This document shows, in pieces, positions 20,601 through 28,223 of a stretch of DNA of 64,000 bases. Where the stretch lies: contig JBEKDT010000008.1 of NCBI GenBank assembly GCA_050014195.1, forward strand, positions 64,001 to 128,000, in the 5' to 3' direction. Positions within the stretch are counted from its first letter, which is position 1; each line of letters begins with the position of its first letter. Below the pieces are notes generated by a model. That model did no database searches, had not been told where the DNA came from, and was given only the letters and a program-made list of their open reading frames with translations. The translations under genes and the position numbers were made by a program. This stretch comes from Desulfomonilia bacterium (lineage in GTDB: Bacteria; Desulfobacterota; Desulfomonilia; UBA1062).

Positions 20601-21595
20601 AGATCATCGAGGCCGCTGGGCTTATGCCCTACGGCATCCGTGAAAATTCGGGCAAGGCTTATGAGGACGTCTACCTGGGCGACTCCGTGTGCTCCTATGT
20701 GCGTAGCTGCCTTGGGGGGGCACTCTCCGGCGCCTATGATTTCCTGGACGGCGTGGTGATCGCTCATTCCTGTGAGTGCATGAGAAGACTCTACGACGCA
20801 TGGATGTTCAAGCAAGAAGAGATTAAACCCAAACGCGTCTTTTTCCTTGACGTGCCCAGGGTCAAGAGTGAGCCGGCCATACATTTCTTTGCGAAGCAAA
20901 TCGAGCGGCTCAAAGAAGAAATGGAAGCATGTTACGGGGAGATCAGCCACACATCGCTTATAAATGCCATCAATACGTCCAACCGGACACGGGAACTGAT
21001 CGCTCGCTTGAACGAAACTAGAAAAAAGGATTACCCGCCTATCACCGGCTCAGAGGTGGCACAGCTTATAAAGAAGGGCATGGCCGCGCCGGGGGACAGT
21101 TTCAATCAGGAGCTGGAGGAACTGCTTGCAGGCCTCAACGGCAGGTCCGGAGATATGGATCGTCCACGCGTTCTGGTTTACGCAGGTCCTGCCTATGGCA
21201 GGCTGATTGAGTCCGTGGAAGAGGCGGGGGGAATCGTGGTGTGCGAACACATGTGCAATGGACTGAGACAATTTGGGAAGACCGTGGAGAGGGATGATGA
21301 CCCTATCCTGGAGCTGAGCCGCCGTTATCTCGAAAAGCCGCCCTGCCCTCGCATGATCGGAGAGCATAGCATGGAAGGTCTCTTCGAGCTGAAAAGAATG
21401 GTGGATGAGTTCAAGGTCGACGGCATCATTTACTGCTCTGTTAAGTTCTGCTCCAACATGCAGGCGGGCTGGCCCCTGTTCAAGGAAGAGCTTCAAGCGG
21501 GCGTTCCGATGAAATTTCTCGAAGGGGACATGGAAGCCGGGATTAATGAACGGGAAGTACAGTCATTCATAAAAAAGCTTGCGAGAAGGAGATAG
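20555..21595 (+). CDS. 2-hydroxyacyl-CoA dehydratase/benzoyl-CoA reductase family subunit (HgdB/BcrC-like)
   Basis: IGWFCTYTPIEII, VCSYVRS, AHSCECMRRL, PPCPRM and KFC Fe-S motifs. Confidence 0.88.
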   Translation: MDRPKIGWFCTYTPIEIIEAAGLMPYGIRENSGKAYEDVYLGDSVCSYVRSCLGGALSGAYDFLDGVVIAHSCECMRRLYDAWMFKQEEIKPKRVFFLDVPRVKSEPAIHFFAKQIERLKEEMEACYGEISHTSLINAINTSNRTRELIARLNETRKKDYPPITGSEVAQLIKKGMAAPGDSFNQELEELLAGLNGRSGDMDRPRVLVYAGPAYGRLIESVEEAGGIVVCEHMCNGLRQFGKTVERDDDPILELSRRYLEKPPCPRMIGEHSMEGLFELKRMVDEFKVDGIIYCSVKFCSNMQAGWPLFKEELQAGVPMKFLEGDMEAGINEREVQSFIKKLARRR

Positions 21596-21599
21596 CCAT

Positions 21600-23003
21600 A
21601 TGGCGCACGAGAGAATCATCGAGGAGAATACAAAGCAACGAGAAATCCAATTCAGGAACTTCGCGGCCGCGGCCGGGCTTTCAGAAGAAATTGTGATCGA
21701 GGCCATGAAAACTCGTTTCGCTAAGCCATGGCCTGAGCTTACAGCTTCGCAGAAGCGGGGGAGATTATTGAGCGAGCAGTTCCTTGCCTGCTACAACAAG
21801 ACCTCGGATGGCAAAATGAAGTATCAGCGCGTTGCTTGGAGGAGCCTGTTCATGCCTACCGAGATCCTCTATGCCATGGACCTTATGCCCTTTACCGGGG
21901 AAATGGCTGCAGCCCAACTCGCCATGTCCGGTCTATCCGCAGCAAGACTTGAAACTGCGGAGGGCAACGGTTTTTCTCCGGACCTTTGCTCCTTTATCAA
22001 GACCTGCGCCGGTGCCACACTGGAAGATATATTCCCTTCTCCCGACATCATATTCACCACCTCGCACCTGTGCGACCCTGCGGCTAAGTTCGCCACCTAT
22101 GTCTCTCGGAAGTATGGGCGCCCGGAGTTCGTCCTTGATATTCCCTATGGAGTATGGGGTTGCGGCTCTCAAGACATAGAGATGAAAAAGATTAATGAGG
22201 CCGTGGACTATGTGGCCAGCCAGATCGAGAACATGGTTGAATTCATCACCGCACATACCGGGGTCAAGCTTGAAGAGGCACGATTAAGAGAAGTCATAGA
22301 CTGGACCAACCAGGCCAGAAAGTGGTTCAAGCTCGGCAATGATGTTACGTATAACAAGGGCACCATTGCCACTGTCAAGCGAGGGAGCAAGGACCTGGAC
22401 TACGCTGCAAATCTGATGCAGACCTGGGGCACGAGGGAAATCGTTGATGTATATGAAACAAGGTATCATGAGTTCATGGCATGTGAAAATGCGATGAGGA
22501 GCTCTTCAAAGCCACGGATCGTATGGGGGCATTTACGACCATACTATAAGAACGACATCGTTGATTATATCGAGGAGAAAGCCGACATCGTGGCCTCACA
22601 GGTGAACTTCATTTTCTGGGATGAACTCGACCCCAACGACCCCTTCCGTTCCATAGCACGAAAGACCATCCTCAACCCGGCGTATTGTCCGCTGCAATAC
22701 AGGATCGATCTATACATCCGGGAGATCCAGCGCGGGGACGGAATTATCGCATTTTATCCCAAATCGTGCCGGCATTTTCACAGCGGCGCGCGTATGGAAG
22801 CGGAGGCGCTTAAAAAGGCGGGCATTCCTATGCTCACCATTGACGGCGACTGCATAGACAACCGCGGTGACGATTTTCTCGTCCTCAAAACGAGGATTGA
22901 CCGTTTCCTGAAAAGTTTGAGTGCTGTGCACCCGATTGAAAGGGGAGATGCATTCAAGCCTGCTTCTCCTCCCTCCGGCTGTGAACTAGGGGATGATAAA
23001 TAG
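21600..23003 (+). CDS. 2-hydroxyacyl-CoA dehydratase/benzoyl-CoA reductase family subunit (HgdA/BcrB-like)
   Basis: PTEILYAMD, GFSPDLCSFIK, HLCD, SCR and IDGDCID...TRIDRF motifs. Confidence 0.88.
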   Translation: MAHERIIEENTKQREIQFRNFAAAAGLSEEIVIEAMKTRFAKPWPELTASQKRGRLLSEQFLACYNKTSDGKMKYQRVAWRSLFMPTEILYAMDLMPFTGEMAAAQLAMSGLSAARLETAEGNGFSPDLCSFIKTCAGATLEDIFPSPDIIFTTSHLCDPAAKFATYVSRKYGRPEFVLDIPYGVWGCGSQDIEMKKINEAVDYVASQIENMVEFITAHTGVKLEEARLREVIDWTNQARKWFKLGNDVTYNKGTIATVKRGSKDLDYAANLMQTWGTREIVDVYETRYHEFMACENAMRSSSKPRIVWGHLRPYYKNDIVDYIEEKADIVASQVNFIFWDELDPNDPFRSIARKTILNPAYCPLQYRIDLYIREIQRGDGIIAFYPKSCRHFHSGARMEAEALKKAGIPMLTIDGDCIDNRGDDFLVLKTRIDRFLKSLSAVHPIERGDAFKPASPPSGCELGDDK

Positions 23004-23081
23004 AACAGGGTTATGTATTCTTCTGAAGAAATAAAAGGGGACGTTTCTATTGCAGGGGGAATAACAGGCAATTTATTTTCA

Positions 23082-23115
23082 CAACTTCAAACCTAAAACG
23101 TAAAACTTAAAACAT
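23082..23115. repeat. Short heptamer tandem array (AAAACYT-like)
   Basis: caactt caaacct aaaacgt aaaactt aaaacat; resembles the right arm of the 31836-31940 element. Confidence 0.5.
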
Positions 23116-23214
23116 ACTGCCAGAAACCACTCTCAACTCACCAATGAACGGCTGATATAGGGGGAAATCCGCCCTTGCCTTTTGAGGTGGTATATGTGAT
23201 CCTACACAATTCAC

Positions 23215-24897
23215 ATGCATACGCCCGATAAACCATTGATCGTCCAGAGTGATGGAAGCATCCTGTTGGAGGTGCTCTCCGATACCTATGAGGAGGCACG
23301 GGATGCCATCCTGCCTTTTGCAGAGCTCATCAAGTCGCCCGAATATGTCCACACCTACCGGATAACGCCGCTTTCCCTGTGGAATGCGGCCGCCATGGGC
23401 ATAACACACGACCAGGTCCTGACAAGCCTCAGTCAATATACCCGCTATGATATCCCCCAGACCGTCATGCACCGCATCCGGGAGGCCTTCGATCGCTGGG
23501 ATGCAGTGCGGCTCTTTAAGGCCACGGAGAGCTCACTCCTCGTAGAGGTGAGTTCCGGGCCGCTCCTCGATCAGCTTTGTGCCAAACAGGAGATCTCCAA
23601 GATCATCCTGGAGACGGTTCCTGCGAAAGGCTTCATCATCCCTTCAGGTATCCGCGGCAGGTTCAAGCACATGCTCATCAAGATGGGCTATCCGGTGCAT
23701 GACCTCGTGGGATATGACAAGGGGGATGACCTTGAAATTTCACTGCGCGCTCAGACCCTGACCGGGCAGGACTTCTCTCTGAGGCCCTATCAGGTGGAGG
23801 CCTCAGACAACTACTGGGCCGGCGGGAGCCCGAGGGGCGGGCAGGGCATCGTGGTGCTCCCTTGCGGTGCAGGCAAGACCATCGTCGGCATGGGGGCGAT
23901 GGCAAAGGCAAAGGCCCATACCCTGATCCTGTGCACCAATGTCTCGGCGGTGCACCAGTGGATAAGCGAACTGGCGGACAAGACCACCCTGGCCAGGGAG
24001 GAGATCGGGGAATACACCGGGGCTAAGAAGGAGATCAAACCGGTGACCGTGACCACCTATCAGATGCTCACCTACCGGAAGTCCAAGGACGGACCGTTCG
24101 AGCATATGAATCTCATGATGGCGCGCAACTGGGGGCTCATCATCTACGACGAGGTACACGTGGTCCCGGCGCCTGTTTTCCGGGCTACCGCGGAGCTGCA
24201 GGCAAAAAGGAGGCTCGGGCTCACCGCAACCCTTATCCGGGAGGACGGCCTGGAGCAGGACACCTTTTCACTCGTAGGCCCCAAGTGCTATGACGTTCCG
24301 TGGAAGGAGCTGGAGCACAAAGGCTTCATTGCAGAGGCCCTCTGTTGCGAGGTAAGGGTGCCTTTGCCTCTGGAAAAGGGCCCGGAGTATGTGCATGCCT
24401 CCGATAAGATCCAGTTCAGGATCGCATCCGAAAACTCCTTTAAAGAGCATGTGGTGAAAGATCTCATCAGGAAGCACCCCGACGAGCCGGTCCTCATCAT
24501 CGGCCAGTACCTGAGCCAGTTGAAGAAGATCTCATCGGCCCTGAAGGCGCCGATGATCACCGGTGCCACACCGAATGCACAGAGGGATATACTCTATGAT
24601 TCCTTCCGCAGGGGCGAGATCCCCGTACTCGTGGTCTCCAAGGTGGCCAACTTCGCCATTGACCTGCCCGATGCCTCGGTGGCCATCCAGGTGTCGGGCA
24701 CCTTCGGCTCGAGGCAGGAGGAGGCACAGAGGCTTGGGAGGATTCTGAGGCCCAAGGAGCGGATCTCCACGTTCTATACCCTGGTAACCAGGGAGACATC
24801 CGAAGAGATTTTCGCCCACAAGAGGCAGGTATTTCTGGCAGAGCAGGGGTACCGGTACCGGATTGAGGAGTGGTCCCTTGATGACATCAACGCATGA
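23215..24897 (+). CDS. Bacterial XPB/Rad25-type DNA repair helicase
   Basis: PLIVQSDGSILLEV, KSPEYVHTYRITPLSLWNA, LPCGAGKT, DEVH, LGLTAT and QEEAQRLGRILR motifs. Confidence 0.95.
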   Translation: MHTPDKPLIVQSDGSILLEVLSDTYEEARDAILPFAELIKSPEYVHTYRITPLSLWNAAAMGITHDQVLTSLSQYTRYDIPQTVMHRIREAFDRWDAVRLFKATESSLLVEVSSGPLLDQLCAKQEISKIILETVPAKGFIIPSGIRGRFKHMLIKMGYPVHDLVGYDKGDDLEISLRAQTLTGQDFSLRPYQVEASDNYWAGGSPRGGQGIVVLPCGAGKTIVGMGAMAKAKAHTLILCTNVSAVHQWISELADKTTLAREEIGEYTGAKKEIKPVTVTTYQMLTYRKSKDGPFEHMNLMMARNWGLIIYDEVHVVPAPVFRATAELQAKRRLGLTATLIREDGLEQDTFSLVGPKCYDVPWKELEHKGFIAEALCCEVRVPLPLEKGPEYVHASDKIQFRIASENSFKEHVVKDLIRKHPDEPVLIIGQYLSQLKKISSALKAPMITGATPNAQRDILYDSFRRGEIPVLVVSKVANFAIDLPDASVAIQVSGTFGSRQEEAQRLGRILRPKERISTFYTLVTRETSEEIFAHKRQVFLAEQGYRYRIEEWSLDDINA

Positions 24898-26635
24898 CCT
24901 CATTTCCAGCATCCCCGGATACATGATCCAGATCATTTCAACCAAGATCCTGGGGGTCTCGTCAGACCAGAGGGCCCTGGCCGAGGGGCTTGCCGACACG
25001 GAGTGGCTTAAGAAGGTCCTTGGCGGGCTGACGGAAAGGCAGCGCGATCTGTTGATGGATCTGTATAACCTCGGTGAGCATATTACCTGGGACGTGCTCG
25101 GGAGGATTTATGGGAGCGGCCTCGATGAGCTGAGGTCGGACCTGGAAGAGCTCGGCATACGCGGCCTGGTCTTCCAGGGCGGACTCACCGGCCGGGACCC
25201 GGTGATCCTTTTGCCCTCGTTGGGCTCGATCCTTGAAACCCTCAAGGCAAGACATTTCACGGAAATCAAGGAGAGGATCTGGAAAGACCCCAGCAAGCTG
25301 AGCCTCTGGGGCCATATAACCATGATCAATGCCCTGCGCGTAGGCAAGATCCGGTGCAAGGCAGGCCTTGAGCCCTTCAAGAAGGGTTGGGAGTATCTCG
25401 ATGAGAGGCTCTCGGCCGTGCTCGATGTGAAAAAGATCTACTCGGAGCTTGTGGAACTCGGGTGCCTGAAGGAAAAAAGCGGCACGGCCACCCCTGTCCA
25501 GAGATCCATCACGAGCCTTGCCCTTGAAGGTGACGCCCGTTACAACCTGTGGTGTTTCTGCCAGTCGTGCAAGCCTTTTCCGGGTCTCGACTATCAGGTA
25601 TTTATGACGGTGGGGGAGAAGGGCATCCAGAAAGATTTTCTTAAAAGATCGCTCATGCTGTGGACCGCAAGCAGAGACGATGTCGTGGATGATGCAAGTG
25701 CCGTGGTTGATTTTCTTTTGCACCTCTGGCTTGAACTCGGGGTGCTCCGGGAAGATGTGACAGGGTCGTGGATTCGCATGGCGGATGGGGTGTTCAGGGC
25801 ATTGAAGACAGGCAAGACCGATGCGGCCGTGCACCCGTATTCGGAGGAGGCCATCATCCAGCCCACCATGGAGATCCTTGTCCCGGGGGACTTCGATACG
25901 GTTGACCTGCTCAACATAGGAGAGGTTGCGGACCTCATGCAGGCCGATGTCGTGAGCATCTATCGGATCAGCAGGGAGTCGGTATTCCGGGCCTTGCAGG
26001 AAGGCTGGAACATCGAGAAGATCCTCAATTTCCTCGACAGGATCTCCCGTCATGCCCTGCCGGAGAACGTCCGCATGAACATTATCGGGTGGGCAAAGGC
26101 CCATGCCGAGGCACATATCATCAAAGGAACGTTCCTGGTGTTCGATGGAGAAAAGGCAAGCCTGCCGAAAGGGCTCGAAGAGGTTTTGCCCGGGATCTTC
26201 CGCCTTCCCGAGCGGTGCGAGGAGGAGATTTCATCATTCCTGGAGAAGAAAGGGGTCATGACCAGGAGCGCGGATGGGCCCCGTGAGGGAGACGGCGACA
26301 TCGACTGGGGCAAGCCGCTGCCTTTGAAACCGCCGCAGCGCATCCCTCCAAAGGCCTCCCACAAGGAAGGGGTGTATCCCTTCGGCATGGTCATGCCTTT
26401 GCCGTACGGACCGAGGAGGGAGGTCCTCTTCGAAGAGGCGCTTCATGAGAGCAAGGCCCTGATCATCTTCTATCCCCGGCAAGGCTACGGCGAGATCCAG
26501 GCCAGGAAGATCAGCCCGCTTTCCATCTTCCGGAGGGGCGGCATGCCCTTCATGGAGGCCTTCTGCGATGACACCGGCGAAGGAGAGGTCTTCGACATCA
26601 GCAAGGTGAGGGCCATATTCCGGCAGCAGCTATGA
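24881..26635 (+). CDS. XPB-associated protein (Helicase_C_3 domain plus C-terminal WYL-like domain)
   Basis: IIQPTMEILVP...YRISRESVFRALQEG...LPENV segment of Helicase_C_3 type; C-terminal RKISP...EAFC...FDISKV resembles a WYL domain; overlaps the XPB gene end. Confidence 0.8.
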   Translation: MTSTHDLISSIPGYMIQIISTKILGVSSDQRALAEGLADTEWLKKVLGGLTERQRDLLMDLYNLGEHITWDVLGRIYGSGLDELRSDLEELGIRGLVFQGGLTGRDPVILLPSLGSILETLKARHFTEIKERIWKDPSKLSLWGHITMINALRVGKIRCKAGLEPFKKGWEYLDERLSAVLDVKKIYSELVELGCLKEKSGTATPVQRSITSLALEGDARYNLWCFCQSCKPFPGLDYQVFMTVGEKGIQKDFLKRSLMLWTASRDDVVDDASAVVDFLLHLWLELGVLREDVTGSWIRMADGVFRALKTGKTDAAVHPYSEEAIIQPTMEILVPGDFDTVDLLNIGEVADLMQADVVSIYRISRESVFRALQEGWNIEKILNFLDRISRHALPENVRMNIIGWAKAHAEAHIIKGTFLVFDGEKASLPKGLEEVLPGIFRLPERCEEEISSFLEKKGVMTRSADGPREGDGDIDWGKPLPLKPPQRIPPKASHKEGVYPFGMVMPLPYGPRREVLFEEALHESKALIIFYPRQGYGEIQARKISPLSIFRRGGMPFMEAFCDDTGEGEVFDISKVRAIFRQQL

Positions 26636-26652
26636 ACGTTCCGGGCCGTTCG

Positions 26653-27960
26653 CTACTCCATGTTTTGCGGCCCCTTTTTCATCATGTCCTTCATCATCTT
26701 AAGCTCATCTACCGTATCCTTGGGGAGGTCTTTGGCCTTCAACGCCTCATCGATGTGGTAGATGCAGGCTTTTGAGTTCTCGGTCCGGTAGAAGTATCGG
26801 GCAAATGACACGTGGGCAAGTGCGGGTTTATTCGTCTTCTCGTAAAGGGTTCCCAGTGTGTAATCCACCCGCACGCTCTGGGACTGTAAGGGCAGGAGTG
26901 TCTTGATGGCCTCATCAAGCTGGTTACGGCCTTGGAGGATCTCCGCCAATGCGACCATGCCGATGGGCGATTTTGCATAATCTTTTAAAAAAGCATAGGC
27001 CTCGGCATTTTTTCCGATAGCATAGAGGTTAAGGCCGCGGTATTCATAGGCAAGGGGCAGATCGACACCCTGGAGCAGCTTGAGCGCCTGGGAATTTTTC
27101 CCGATCCGGGTCTGCATCAGGCCCAGCGCAAGCGACTTGTACGGCTCGGGGATGTGGTTCGAACGGGTATTGACCTCGCTCTCGGTCAGGCTCAGGCCCA
27201 CTACGCTTGCATAGAGCATCCAATAATTATTATCAGGGGCAGGCTTCCCCGAGTCTTCCTTCATATTCATAATCCGGTTTTCCGTATACGGGTGGGTGAG
27301 GAGATATTCCGGGATATCGGAAAACCCGTAGAATGTGCGGAGCCTGATGAGAAATCGGGGCATTCCCGATGGGTCCACGCCCGAAGCAATGTTGATCTCC
27401 TTGCTGAAATTATCTGCAGCGTATTCATGCTCTCTGGAATACGCAAGCCTGATATTCTCGCTGCCCCCTACCGACGAGAGAACCATCGCTGCGCCTGCCT
27501 CGGGGTTTTTTGACGACAGGAGGGTACCGGCAAGGACCCCGAGAATCGTTGCGGCGGTGATCTTTTTCGAGGATGCAACATCTTCGGAATAATGCCGCAA
27601 CTGACAGTGACCCATCTCGTGGCCGATAACCGCCGAGAGTTCATCCAGGTCCTGAATGAAGAGCAGCAGGCCCAGGTTTATGAAGATATCCCCGTCAGGG
27701 ATGCTGAAGGCGTTCACCGAGCGGTCTTTGACGACATATACCTTAAATGTATACACCGGTTCCTTGATATGGTTGGCCAGGCGGTCCGTAATCTGCTGGA
27801 CGGTCCAGGTGATTGCCTGGTCGTGGATGATGAGGTTGTTGGCCTCCAGCAGATTGACGAAGTCGCGCGCCGTTTTCTTTTCGTCCCCATAGCCTGTGGC
27901 ATGAGCCATACCCAGCGGGGCCGTCATGAAGATCAGAAGGGCGATCAAGATCCTTTTCAT
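26653..27960 (-). CDS. M48 family metalloprotease with TPRs (BepA/YfgC-like)
   Basis: Signal peptide; NAFSIP, HEMGH zinc motif, YSREHEYAAD and LLTHP motifs. Confidence 0.9.
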   Translation of the reverse strand: MKRILIALLIFMTAPLGMAHATGYGDEKKTARDFVNLLEANNLIIHDQAITWTVQQITDRLANHIKEPVYTFKVYVVKDRSVNAFSIPDGDIFINLGLLLFIQDLDELSAVIGHEMGHCQLRHYSEDVASSKKITAATILGVLAGTLLSSKNPEAGAAMVLSSVGGSENIRLAYSREHEYAADNFSKEINIASGVDPSGMPRFLIRLRTFYGFSDIPEYLLTHPYTENRIMNMKEDSGKPAPDNNYWMLYASVVGLSLTESEVNTRSNHIPEPYKSLALGLMQTRIGKNSQALKLLQGVDLPLAYEYRGLNLYAIGKNAEAYAFLKDYAKSPIGMVALAEILQGRNQLDEAIKTLLPLQSQSVRVDYTLGTLYEKTNKPALAHVSFARYFYRTENSKACIYHIDEALKAKDLPKDTVDELKMMKDMMKKGPQNME

Positions 27961-28133
27961 ATTAGGCTTCTTAGGCTTCCCATATGCCTATGTCGGGAGG
28001 TTTTCAAGGATTTCTTTGAGGTCTTTTTTGCCGAGGTGATGAAGCCCCAAAGGCATATCATCAACCCAAGAATTTTGATTACAATAGAGTAATCTCCCGT
28101 ACGAAACTGTACGTCAGGATTATACCCTAAACT

Positions 28134-28150
28134 TATCAACATATTGATTT
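28134..28150. promoter_or_regulatory. IHF binding site (matches on both strands)
   Basis: TATCAA-CATA-TTG on the plus strand and AATCAA-TATG-TTG on the minus strand both fit WATCAA-N4-TTR. Confidence 0.6.
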
Positions 28151-28166
28151 CAAATAAGAAATTAAC

Positions 28167-28182
28167 TTGGTCTGCATATTGC
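28167..28182 (+). promoter_or_regulatory. Sigma54 promoter
   Basis: TTGGTCTGCATATTGC (GG-N10-GC), 42 nt upstream of ATG 28224 and next to the IHF site. Confidence 0.65.
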
Positions 28183-28223
28183 CTGCAATAGTCCCAGCAA
28201 TGGAACTACTGGAGGTAGCCCCT

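Noticed and set aside
24962-26116. 384-aa antisense ORF over the XPB partner (likewise 17482-18531, 19461-20342, 8132-9028 and 9016-9855)
   Set aside because: They overlap well-supported genes on the other strand and read as reverse-frame artefacts
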